Assembly: GCA_047495785.1 (NCBI GenBank)
Contig: JBLDXI010000015.1
Location: 2,666,001 to 2,730,000 of the forward strand
DNA length: 64,000 nt
Direction: 5' to 3'
DNA from: Lepidodermella squamata
Taxonomy: Eukaryota > Animalia > Gastrotricha
Positions 50,101 to 60,298 of this stretch are shown here, one piece after another. Under the pieces are notes generated by a model. The model saw nothing but the letters and a program-made list of their open reading frames with translations, was not told where the DNA came from and made no database searches. Position 1 is the first letter of the stretch. Every line of letters starts with the position of its first letter. Position numbers and translations under genes: made by a program.

Positions 50101-51217
50101 ACCTCTCTCTTATCGTCTTGATGTTTTGAAACAGCTTCATAATTCGGCTTTTGCTGGTCATATGGGTCCTGAGAAGACCTATCAAAACCTTTCTTCTCGT
50201 TTTTATTGGCCTGGGATGAAGCGCGATTGTTATAGTTATTGCTATCAGTGCGTGACTTGCGTTGAACATCACATCCGAAATCGCCCTTCTCGTGTGCCAA
50301 TGACTCCTATTTCTGAACCACAACGTCCGTTCACTCATATTGCGATGGATTTTGTCATTCTGCCTAAAGCTGCTGGATCTATCAGGTATATCCTGGTTTG
50401 TAGTGATTATTTCACGAAATGGCCTGAATTTTATTCTCTCTCTTCGATAACTGCCGACAAAATATCCCTTTGCCTCCTCGATTGGATTTCGCACTATGGC
50501 TGTCCTGAAGTCCTAATTACGGACAGGGGTTCTAATTTTACGGGCGAAATTTTTTCTTCTCTCTGCAAACGCTTGGGAATTAAACGTCGAACTACGACGA
50601 GTTGGAGACCCCAATCTGATGGCCTGGTTGAGAGGCTAAATCGTTCATTGAAAAATATGTTATCAAAATTTGTCTCGATTCATCGAACCGATTGGCCGCA
50701 TTATTTACCTTACCTTGCTTTGGCCTATCGTTCAGCTATTCATTCTTCTACGGGTTTTTCACCTTTTTACCTCACTTTCGGACGTTCTCCTACTATGCCT
50801 ATTGACGTGGCTTTTCCTTCATTTTCGCCCACTCAGCCGATTATTCACAAAATTGATTATAATTCATTTGTGAAGGAAAATATCGAAAACGTGAACAAAG
50901 TTCAAGAAATTGTGCGATTAAATATTGAAAAATCACAAAAACGTCAAAAAGCACAATACGATAAAAAATCGGTCGCTCGTTCTTTTAAGGTTGGAGATCT
51001 CGTCCTCCTTAATGATTATCGTGTAAATTCTCCTCTTGGCGTGCCTTCTCTCGTGAAACCAAGAGATGGTCCATTTGAAATTATTGCTATTCCTTCTTTT
51101 TCTTCTAATGACAATCTCTACACTATTCGATCGCTCTCAAATCCTCATTGTACGGACACTGTAAATATTGATAAACTTACCCTGTTTCCATTAAGGGCTT
51201 TTAATAATGCGCTTTAA
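47168..51217 (+). CDS. pol: Pol polyprotein (protease with D>N, RT YMDD, RNase H, integrase)
   Basis: ALVNSGS, YMDD, CDAS, HHCC, D-D-E, GPF; -1 frame relative to gag, open from 47132. Confidence 0.92.
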   Translation: MPACGDSVGNDDKNDPSMNVPGVQPALPRVCVILHTIFYYLFFFSIFGLLFSLATFYSFALIAAFLCFIFYRSCVLIFFRTLLANFKGLIALTFSELISCVPTRYVSRVKCWNYLLRKYFSEAKCALCVIFGNFRAIICRFQARFLSRSVNAISSEELAFVNVDINGRPYNALVNSGSCYSFVNKRVADDHSFKYSMSTEVVSGFQGSTASVSNPFSVPFIIGKLSSNFDFRIVSDLQVDVLLGRDFLSKFKGDILYTSNELRFNNEFSVPLVSYFSRRFSFPIYSASSVGISPGRSGQIPVKLRHQSYFPLVFEPTLCHDNSFLCLSPGLFPENLSSFYIDAGFSSTHVYVPKNTELGTMTVVLPDFLTSEFSSCFSILPSNPNIPSSPFPPASGNQPEPGIPNDFSIDRFNIDDSISPSARESLSNLLREFSDIFSFDGKPGRTDILKHSIRVVDDTPTHVPPRRLTPPMREVVDKQIDDFLANGIIRPSKSPYSAPLVLVSKPDGSTRACVDYRKLNSITIRDSYNLPRVDDSLNCLGSARIFSSLDLQSAYHQLPMAEDSIEKTAFSCHRGLFEFVTMPFGLMNAGAQFQRLMDIVLAGLIWVFCLVYMDDIICFSSNEDEQISRLRKIFERLRRHGLKLKPSKCFFFRRRIKYLGHIVSENGLEPDPAKVSAISDFPRPSCLKSPRRFLGMVGYYRRLIANFSDIASPLHLASSPSVPFQWTPECELAFQQLKSALISATVLAFPDFSREFSIHCDASDVALGAQLTQRDEKGVEHPVSFASRILSPVEAKWSATDREALALFWSVQHFLPYVYNSKFTVVTDHRSLLWLRSLKDPSKRVARWMLLLDPLDFTVVHKPGRLHTVPDALSRDLQTSKNVAMSSFVFLVSSVSLLKNLELLPSTVADAQFSDPDFKPIVNSLRENQKFPPKIDSPTFVQSQLIRLYSFLVLDSNNVVYWCPKGTKSFSRSHLLLLPLSYRLDVLKQLHNSAFAGHMGPEKTYQNLSSRFYWPGMKRDCYSYCYQCVTCVEHHIRNRPSRVPMTPISEPQRPFTHIAMDFVILPKAAGSIRYILVCSDYFTKWPEFYSLSSITADKISLCLLDWISHYGCPEVLITDRGSNFTGEIFSSLCKRLGIKRRTTTSWRPQSDGLVERLNRSLKNMLSKFVSIHRTDWPHYLPYLALAYRSAIHSSTGFSPFYLTFGRSPTMPIDVAFPSFSPTQPIIHKIDYNSFVKENIENVNKVQEIVRLNIEKSQKRQKAQYDKKSVARSFKVGDLVLLNDYRVNSPLGVPSLVKPRDGPFEIIAIPSFSSNDNLYTIRSLSNPHCTDTVNIDKLTLFPLRAFNNAL

Positions 51218-51294
51218 TAGTGCGCTCTCGGCGTCTCCGTGAACTCTAAATTCCGAAATTTGATTTTCAAGTAGTTTTCAAAAGTTGGATGCCA

Positions 51295-51486
51295 TGTAAT
51301 GTCGCCGCCAAATATTAGATGCAATTTATTACTGCTTATAATAATACTGTTTTATAATGCCGATTATTATTACCGGCGGGTCACGAGCCATGTGCTCCCG
51401 GATAGATGTCGTTTAGGATAAAGGAAAAAGGGGCAGAATAAAGATTTCGGTTTTCAAACAAACTTTGTTTTGGCGAGTACTTTACA
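51295..51486 (+). repeat. 3' LTR
   Basis: Identical to the 5' LTR by eye. Confidence 0.95.
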
Positions 51487-51491
51487 CGCAT

Positions 51492-51574
51492 GATTGACGG
51501 GTGCGGTTCTGGGGATTCAACCCGTGCCTCTTCGCTGCAAGTGAGACGCTGTGACCACTCGACTACTCGCTCCC
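51492..51574 (-). mobile_element. tRNA-derived SINE-like head (body possibly continues at ~45100-45492, split by the gypsy insertion)
   Basis: TAGTCGAGTGG A box, CTTGCAG loop, GGTTGAATCCC B-box-like. Confidence 0.5.
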
Positions 51575-52314
51575 CTTTCGTTTTCGTTGTTAGGCATGAT
51601 AACAAAATCATTTGAGATTCTAGTGAATAAGACTAGAAACTGTAAAATCCATATTTAGGGTAAATCTAGCGCTGGAGTGTCAAATTTCAAATTTAATGCT
51701 GGAACCCTAAATTGAGGGTGAGCACGAAAAGATTTAATTTGCGAAATTACATGACTCATTTTGCAACACAAGCGTGAAAATTGGCTGTCCCTTTGTATTC
51801 ACAATATTCACATCAGTGTGCGAAGTAGAACTTTTGAGCTTGGGAGATCATGTGAATTTCACATGATCTCGCCAATTTTCGTTGATATAACCAACAAGTT
51901 TTTCGTTGATATAACCAACATTCATTGCCATAAGGACGAATTCGGAATTCTGACTTTCGCGTTCACAGCTCGGCCAATTTTTCGAATTTCCTCCGTTTGT
52001 ATAGAATACTACATTTGGATGTTGGCTACAAAAAGAAGCTGAAACCCAAATCCCATTATTCTGTTCATTTTCGGAAAGCAATAATTTTCAAATTTTCAAA
52101 CCGAAGGGTGTTTTTTCATTTTTTTCAAACGAGGAAATCGACATCTCAGCAATTTTATCTTACTAGATCTGACTAGATAGCCGTGTCCGGCAGGGTCCCA
52201 ATTGAATAACTATTTCGTTTATATGACTTGATATGGAAAACTGACAAAACATTAGCCTGCCTGACGAGTCGTTTGAATTCATCCCGATGGAATATATGTT
52301 ATAATATATAATTT

Positions 52315-52430
52315 AAACGTTGCTGATCTTAAAACACTTGGCCTTGTTATACCGATGTGTAAAATCATCATAAAGGATATAAGCGTGAACCTTGGCATTA
52401 TTAAACTCCCTATTTAAAATGCATAACTTG
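52315..52430 (+). pseudogene. Remnant of the glycosyltransferase-like gene 3' end
   Basis: Matches ~36295-36410 (NVADLKTLGLVIPMCKIIIKDISVNLGIIKLPI). Confidence 0.8.
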
Positions 52431-53165
52431 AAGCAATTTAACGAGATTGAATAAAACAATAATTTTAAGTTGAGTCTTATTCATTTCTGGCCATAGGCCA
52501 AAGTCGAATACACCTAATTTGAATTTCTATTGTGATTCGGGTTTCCTATTTTTTGTATTGTGTTATCGTCCGGTGGTACAAAATTTATCATTCGAAGGCT
52601 GTTCGATTTCCGAACTGTTGCAGCCATGGTTGCAGCAGGGGCGAGGCTTCTCCGGCTTCGCCTTTCCATGATTGAGATTGAACGGAATCCGATAGTGGAC
52701 TCGAGGTTGGCTCGCTTTCTCGAGCCGAACACCTCTCCGAGTACAATAACCTGCGTTATGGAATCAATTATATACTATTATATTTCCCGTACAAATTTTG
52801 AATTTCTTGAATTTCAATAATGAGTAAAAATAGATGGTTATCCTAATCACCAACCCTCGCTACGCCAAACTTTATAAACGCGACGCACGCTGGCCTCTGA
52901 CTCTATCGCGAGATTTCGTCCAGCAACAAACACTGCGTTTATCTTGTTGTAGAGACGATAGCACTAACTTATATTACTATTATATGATTAATCGCCTCGC
53001 CAGTTCCATATTATCAAGGCGGGTAGGAAGCGGGACACCTCCGCTGCGATGTCAACAAAACGACTTTTAGAGAAAAATCGGAAAAACGTATTTTTCAAAC
53101 TTCGACTATCTCGCAACTTCAACAATACAAGTTTAAAATGTCACCAATGCTGCAGGAGTGGTAAT

Positions 53166-53471
53166 CGACCCCGTTCCTTTCGAATCTTTTTCCTTGTAGA
53201 ATTTGTACTACAGGTAAGCTTTTCTAGTTTTTGGCGTAAAATTAGATGTAGGGTCCCTACATCTACATCCCACATCCTACATCTACATCTACATCTACAT
53301 CTACATCCCTACACTTTTAGCTTTTAGCGACCCCGTTCCTTTCGAATCTTTTTCCTTGTAGAATTTGTACTACAGGTAAGCTTTTCTAGTTTTTGGCGTA
53401 AAATTAGATGTAGGGTCCCTACATCTACATCCCACATCCTACATCTACATCCCTACACTTTTAGCTTTTAG
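53166..53471 (+). repeat. Tandem duplication (~160/145 bp units) with CTACAT microsatellite
   Basis: 53166-53327 repeated at 53328-53471 with fewer CTACAT units. Confidence 0.9.
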
Positions 53472-53841
53472 CGGGAACATAATTTTTTATTGCCGAGAAA
53501 AGTTACGAGTATCATATTATTTGCCCAAATGACTTATTCTTTTTTCGTTTGGGGGAGGGGGAAGGGGGATTGCATCAGAATGATTGACCAAACTACGCCC
53601 ATGTGTGTCCGTTATCACTGGGTCTGCTTATTCATTCTACTTTGCTGGTATTGCTACTGCGCAATTTTGTTATCAATATAAGCGGCCTCACAGCTTTGAA
53701 TGGAAGGATGGATGTTAGTCCCTGCCAGATTTTCTATGACAATCGTATGGGTTACATATAATTTGTCACGAATACAGCCGTAGCGACTCAATTGCGCAAT
53801 TTCCAATTTGTTACAGGTTAGTAAATGGTAATTGCTAAGCC

Positions 53842-54513
53842 CAGTCCTCCGATTTTTTTTTCGTGACCTGACAGTGTCTGCCACTGGAATTTTTTTTCGA
53901 AAAGTGTACGCCAATTTGGAATTTTTTTTATTTTTTCGTTTGTTTCGCTAAGCTTCTGTAGATTGGTTCGAAGTTTGCTAAATTCGCGAAACTAGTTAAT
54001 ACGCGATCACAGATGAAAAATCACAGATGCTATTTCCCAAATCTTAAAGCCTGAAGTCTTCAATGCTGTTCTAGGGGAGTAAGGAGCAAGGTATTTTATA
54101 TTGCCTTTTTCGGCGATTTGCCTCTGAAAATGCGAAAAATGAGCATCTCGAAGCTGGTTTTTTTCTCTGAAGGAAGGAATTTTAGGTGTCTTTCCAACTT
54201 CCTTCGGGACAAACTCCAGATCCCAGATAATTGAACATTGGGTCTAATGAGAATGGGAACTGTTGGCTTAAGAGAATGGAATAAAAGGAAAATGGAAAAT
54301 ATCAGCGAGCGAAGCGAGCAAATTTTTAATATAAAAGTACACAAATTGCGAATTTTCAACTCGAGAAATCCCTAAACCTGGCTGGCTTCATAAGGTCTTA
54401 AAAGTGTACGCCGATTAACTATACCCCTACCCCTTTTCTCAACGGTTTTAATAAGGAATATTTTTTTGTGTCTGCCACTGAGCGTGGTCCAGTGGGCAAA
54501 AATCGGAACACTG
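53842..54513. mobile_element. Non-autonomous hAT element
   Basis: TIRs CAGTCCTCCGATT / AATCGGAACACTG, exact 8 bp TSD GCTAAGCC. Confidence 0.8.
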
Positions 54514-55247
54514 GCTAAGCCGTTCATTTTCCAGATTCATTTTCAATGGGGGTTATTTTCGAAGCTGTCTTTGTCGATAGAGTTAAAGTATCGAATTTAG
54601 CCCGGAAATTAAGTCGACTTTATAACAGGTACGATTCTCGAACATAAAGTCAACTTTGTTTCACTAAAGTCGGCTTTATCTCGCAAACATAATGTACTAC
54701 GGCCGATAAAGTCGACCGGCCCCGACTTCATCGACTTTAACGCCCGAAATCATTTCATACAATCATTACTTTGTATGAATAGACATTCCGATTGCTAAAA
54801 GCGGGCCAACATTACTTTCGTCCGACGCCAAAACGTCATGAAACTTGCTATAGGAAGCCGCGGCTTATAGAAAATTAGAAAAAGCGAACCAGTTTGGGTT
54901 TAGAGCTGGCCACAGGTCTGAGTCATGCCAGCTTGAAATTATTTTCAACGATAGCCGAATGGCACTGGACGACAGTGAATGCGCCGGAATGGTATGCATC
55001 GACCCAAGCAAGGCGTTTGATTCCCTGCCCTATTGAAGGCCTGTATCTGCTCTTCGCTCTGCCGGCCTCGACGACAGGACAATAACTTGGCTTTGTGCTT
55101 ATCTATACAATGTCGTTGTCAGTGAGTGAAAACGCCCACTCGGATATCGCGCCTTATCTCGTACGGCGTCCATCAAGGCTCGATTCTCGGCCCACTGCTT
55201 TTCATCATTTTCATCAATGAGTAACGAGTTCAATGTAAAACAACATC

Positions 55248-55375
55248 GCATCGCTGTTCGCCGACTACACGACGATCATTGCCAGTGGGAAGACGCCTGA
55301 AGAAGTCAAGGCGTAGCTAGAGGCGGACCTTCGCAGTATCGGCGATTCGTTATACGCCAACTGTCGAAATGTAAC
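55248..55375 (+). mobile_element. CR1/L2-like LINE RT fragment
   Basis: SLFADYTTIIASGKTPEEVKA*LEADLRSI resembles the LFADDT region. Confidence 0.5.
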
Positions 55376-56631
55376 TACTGCAACGCCGTCATCGATCAAG
55401 GCTGCAAGTCCCAGCTGGATCGACTTCAACACGCGCAAAGCAAAGCCGCTCGCGCCGTTCTCGTGCGATGCATGAATCTGCAAGGCAAACGACTGGTCCA
55501 CCTGGCTACAACCATGTGGAAATGCAGCAGGGATCTCCGAGGCCCTCTCGTAGCTAGTCAAGCCGATGAACCAACAGCATGACCACAACACTTGAGTCGC
55601 TGTCACCGGGAAGTACGCCAAGCCTTCGTGCTAGCTCGCAACAGCGCAGCGCTCGTTTCTAACCAAGGTCATCCAGTGGTGGAACCAATTACCAGCGAAA
55701 ATCAGGTTGTCTACGTCTTCAAAGGCGTGCCAGCAAGCCACGCTCGACTTCCTGCGCGAACAGGCTAATTGCGCCGCCATTCATCAAGGCGCAGGGCGAG
55801 CGAAAGAAGAAGGAGCTCAACGCCTCTCTTCAGCCGCAGCTCGCGTACTCCAAGGCCGCCTTCGTCTAAAATACTAAATGAGGTTTCCTAAATTAACATT
55901 TCTATTTTTACAAGACTATATTCGACCAACTGTTACTTCTTTCTAGTATAAAAATTTTTTCATTTATGGTTTCGGCATCTAATTATCATATTTGTTGGCT
56001 TCGTGGAATTACCCGTTGTAAATTATCTCAACTCTTGTATATCATTCTCCGGAGTAGTCTTTTAGTAGCTTTCTTGCTACGACGGCGTTTGTAGGCCTCG
56101 ATGAGTGAGTGGAAAAACCACCTGGGTGCTAAGGCCTGGGCCCTGCAGATGAAGTCAGCAATAATTGTAGTACCAGGGGTAGGGACATTAGGTAGCTAGC
56201 AAACCAGACCAAACTTTCCTAGAGCTTAAGCTCGCGATGTTCTCGCTAACTTCGCCTTATGGCGAGGAAAAATCGTTAATTCGCGATCAGGATCATGAAA
56301 GCTTGATTTTTCAATGAGGTCCAAAGTTCAACTCGACCAATGATGAATCATTTCATTACACTTATTGCTCAAGCCTCGTTTTTCGCTTGATATCAAAAAT
56401 GCTTATCGCGGCATCTCTCGCCGATCTTTTTGTCGATCTTATAGTTATTGAGATTCATGACATTAACAATTCGGTAGAAGTTAAGATTTTGAAATTTCCT
56501 CTTAAGCAATAGCAACCAGAATCCGCATACTGTAAAGATAAATAATAATTTTTGAAAATTTAGGGTAAATTATCAATGCTCGGTTAGAATCGGACGAGAT
56601 TCTAACCGTTCGATGAAGTTCTAAATGTTCG

Positions 56632-57750
56632 ATGAAGCTGCTAATTTAGACGTTCCTACTCGCTGCATATTCGATTCATGAATATGCGGCGACACTGTAT
56701 AAGCCACAACTACAGTGTCGAAGCTACACAAGTTCTGCTCTCATAAATGTTAATGACACCATGCTACGTATCAACTGCTCAACAGCATGCTACGTAAGGT
56801 CATTTTCACTTCAGCTCTCTCCGCATATTTCTTTTCCTGTTACAGCAAAATATTGTGATACCCCAATCAACAAACGCGATCTTACGTCTGTCAAAGGTCT
56901 CCGAAGGCTGCTTGTCCGAAAATGGATCTGGATCAAGTTTCCAGCTCATTAAGAGTGAGAATGGAACAGTACAAATCTCACGCTTGTGTTACGAGAATTG
57001 CACTCCGGCGACTTCCAGCGAGGTGTCTGTGAAGGATATTTTTGAAGCCGTCGATAATACGACAATACAGCGAAAGCAAAATGTCTTCTGCTTGTTCGGA
57101 GTGCCGCCACAAAGCAGCACAGAGCCTGGAAATTATTGCTGGGTAAATTTCTTCAATCGTTATACCAATTCTTTCAAAGATTGCTTCTTCTCAGGCCAAA
57201 TATTTTCCAGTAAGTCGCCGAACCGTGTAAGTACTCAGATTTTATCCACAATTAATTTTCTTCGAATTGCTCGCATATTTTTACCAGGTTTGGATATGAG
57301 CATAAGGCTTCCTTGCCTGAAGGTGTCGCGCTTCGAATTACCCGACAATTGTTGAGTGATTCGGAAGGACCTTATTATCAAGTCGAATGCGCGAATGACG
57401 ATTACTGCGTGAACCCATCTGATTTCATTGGCGTATCAGCGACGACGAGCAGCAGTACTACGCAAGCTTTGATGCTGATTAATAATTCAACATCGACGAC
57501 GACCTCGACCAGTACAGTAACCTCCAATACAACAATATCTACTTCTTCCACTTTACCAAATGAAACTTCTGTGTCACCAGAACATTGGCTTCTCTTGATA
57601 ATACCAGTCGGACTGATTATAATCATTGTGCCGGTATGTATCTGCGTTTGTTGTTATTACCACCAGAGAGGCAAAGCAAAATCTTATTTACTTGAGAATG
57701 GAACGGAAAATAATGCTGGTGATCGCGCGGAACGAGAAACCTTTGTTTAG
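56632..57750 (+). CDS. Ly6/three-finger-like single-pass protein, copy B (exons ..56793, 56846-57142, 57195-57226, 57288-57750); in-frame TAG at 56647-56649 in the signal peptide
   Basis: LQCRSY..CSTACY..EGC..CYENC, FCLFG..YC..ECANDDYCVN, Thr/Ser stalk, TM, juxtamembrane Cys. Confidence 0.7.
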
Positions 57751-58222
57751 AATTTTTCCATGTACCTATGAACCTATGAATGTACCATGTACCTATGAAT
57801 TTATTCCGTGAGCGCCTTCACCCTGGATGCTTTTTCGCTTGTTAACGTATCCGAAATACCGTAAATTCCCAAAAACAAGCCCAGTTCATTATCGGCACTT
57901 TCTTTGCAATGCTTCCTGGGCTTGCACTTTTCTATTAGATTGTACACTTGGCCGATCTATTTTAAGTAAGATCTTCTACATGCGTGAATGGCTGATGTTA
58001 TTTTTCGATGAACATTATTTAGTCCTTTCAAATCAAGAACCTTGACTTGACGATTTAGCGTTTAGCAATTCTTTGAAATCCACCGTGCGGCTTGTGTTGT
58101 CCTCTTAAATTAATTTATTTTAAAGTAATCTGCGAGCCGGAAAATAATAAATGAACTTTTATGTTTGAAAACAAGAATGCGAGGCATAACGAAATCTTTT
58201 ATATTTCGTAGAATCACTTTCG

Positions 58223-59974
58223 ATGCGTGACATTGTAACGGGAAGATTCGTGTATGGTCTTTCTATTTTCATTCTGCAAATCACGACAGATGCAACAGCT
58301 TCACTTAGATCGGGCATCGCGAAAATTAATCTTATCAATGAGTTATTGAACAACTATCCTGGTGCCAATTCGACTCAATCGGGTCTCGTTGCTCCCGCAT
58401 ATTTCGAGGAAGATGACGTGTCTTCGATCTATCTAAATTTCACAATCCGTCGATTTCACGAGGTCAGCGATCTAAACGGTGATATGACTGTCATCGCTCT
58501 GGTCGAAGCTCGCTGGCGCGATCCAATCCTCAGCGATCTGATGTTGGAACGTTTTGCATTCAAGGACACTATCATGCTTCCTGCTTCAAAAATTTGGATG
58601 CCACGCATTGCTTTGGACGGTCAAAGCGACTTCAGCTTCAGTAGACCCAATGCTCGAATCGGAGACCTCGATTCAGTGGAAGTAAGACCGGATGGCTGGG
58701 TGTACTGGGCCTACGAAGGTCCTTTGAATGTAAAATGCAGCTACACATTCGAAGGCTTCCCGCAAGACAAATACGTTAGTTTTTCGCCATTGAAATTGTC
58801 AATCTCTATTTATTTTCTCCAGGTTTGTAAATTTGTCTTCAAATCAGTCTACGAGACTGATCGGATCGTTTTTAAAGAGGGTAAATGTAAAGGTATAGTG
58901 AAGTTCACTGGCCTCCCCAATAATTGGAACGATAGGCCAGTACAGTACAGTCGGCCTGGCTGCTGCGAAACTGAAGTTGTCATCAATGCTAGTGCCGTTG
59001 AATTCGGTGTCACCCTGAATCGTAATCCGACATGGTTCAACTGGCACTTCAAGTACCCGATCACTTGCCTACTTCTTTCGCAGCTGGCAATCAGCGCAAT
59101 CCCACTTTGGAAGGCCGACATTGTTCTAGCAATTATCGGCTTGCGTGTAACTGTGTACGGCGTCTTCTTTTTCATCTACTCACTTTCGGCAGACGCTTTG
59201 CCGAAAACTGAGACGGAAATTAGTATTCTATACGATCTTGCTGTGACTGTTGTTTTCTTCGCTATGAATTGCGACATTTTGATATGCGCTTTATTCAAAC
59301 AAGAACACAACCCAGATGATTTCAAAATATGTGGTGATGTGGAACAGCAATGTAAAAGCCCCGATGAATGTAATAAACGCCGTAAGATCCGGGATCTCAT
59401 CAGATATCCGGCTGTACGTGCGTCCCGCGCTCTTATCGTTAGCTTTTTCATAAGTACAATCATCACCGCCTATTTCAGCCCTGAAAGAATGAAGTTGTTG
59501 ATGTTAATTGAATATTTTGTACTCATTGTTGCTGTGCTACCTGCCATGCTGTTGATTCTTATTGCTAATTATGAAAGCATTAAGGCTCAATCGTTCAGTG
59601 AAATAACTCAACCACAGAGCCGGCTTTTAGTCGACGCGGTAATTTTAGCAATAGTGACAGGCGCACTTAGCTGTCTCATCTTTATCCCTATGTTCGCGGG
59701 AAATTTGCAATTTTTTGGCTTGTACACGCAAAAGTTGGTAATTATTGTTGCTGGGGTTGTTGTATTGATTTGTCTTGCGTTGACACGGAGATTGCCCTTT
59801 TTCGGATGCATCTTCAGATTATGCGCAAAATGCTGCTCTAAATGCTGCGTGAGCTGCGAGAAACAAGTGGTCTACGAGATGATCAATCATAAACCTATTT
59901 TTCTGGAGGCTAAAACTCAATCTGCTTCGATTGGAAACGCGCAGACAACTGCGAATGCCTCAACCTCGGTCTAA
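58223..59974 (+). CDS. Divergent Cys-loop receptor subunit with extra TM helices (copy B; 48 bp intron 58775-58822)
   Basis: Paralog of 40292-42163; Cys loop CSYTFEGFPQDKYVC after splicing. Confidence 0.88.
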   Translation: MRDIVTGRFVYGLSIFILQITTDATASLRSGIAKINLINELLNNYPGANSTQSGLVAPAYFEEDDVSSIYLNFTIRRFHEVSDLNGDMTVIALVEARWRDPILSDLMLERFAFKDTIMLPASKIWMPRIALDGQSDFSFSRPNARIGDLDSVEVRPDGWVYWAYEGPLNVKCSYTFEGFPQDKYVSFSPLKLSISIYFLQVCKFVFKSVYETDRIVFKEGKCKGIVKFTGLPNNWNDRPVQYSRPGCCETEVVINASAVEFGVTLNRNPTWFNWHFKYPITCLLLSQLAISAIPLWKADIVLAIIGLRVTVYGVFFFIYSLSADALPKTETEISILYDLAVTVVFFAMNCDILICALFKQEHNPDDFKICGDVEQQCKSPDECNKRRKIRDLIRYPAVRASRALIVSFFISTIITAYFSPERMKLLMLIEYFVLIVAVLPAMLLILIANYESIKAQSFSEITQPQSRLLVDAVILAIVTGALSCLIFIPMFAGNLQFFGLYTQKLVIIVAGVVVLICLALTRRLPFFGCIFRLCAKCCSKCCVSCEKQVVYEMINHKPIFLEAKTQSASIGNAQTTANASTSV

Positions 59975-60298
59975 CTACCTTCAGGTCAGAATCAGGCATA
60001 ATAACCCAAGTTTGGCATAATAATATCTTGTTGAGGCAGTTTCTAACACAATAAGCTCGGAATAAGCTTTGATTTATTATTTCTTGAAAACCCAACATGT
60101 TGAATTTTAATACAGCCTCCAGAATAATCATTGTGCCAGATGATTAATACAGAGTCCGTGAACCTAGCTTTGCTGAAACCAGTCATTTTGTGGCAGTGAC
60201 ACCTTTAATAGCACGTGTCACGCCACGAATTGTTATTTCTGTCTGGCGCGTGCCAGCAATAGCCGCGCCAGAAACCTGATGCCACTCCGCCTATAAAA

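Larger units (their letters stand above)
45498..51486 (+). mobile_element. Full-length Ty3/gypsy LTR retrotransposon
   Basis: Identical 192 bp TG..CA LTRs, 5 bp TSD CGCAT, PBS TGGTGACAGCG (tRNA-Leu-like), PR-RT-RH-IN order. Confidence 0.97.

Noticed and set aside
52258-52300. CTGACGAG hammerhead-like core
   Set aside because: No properly placed GAAA or helices; adjacent to a pseudogene remnant
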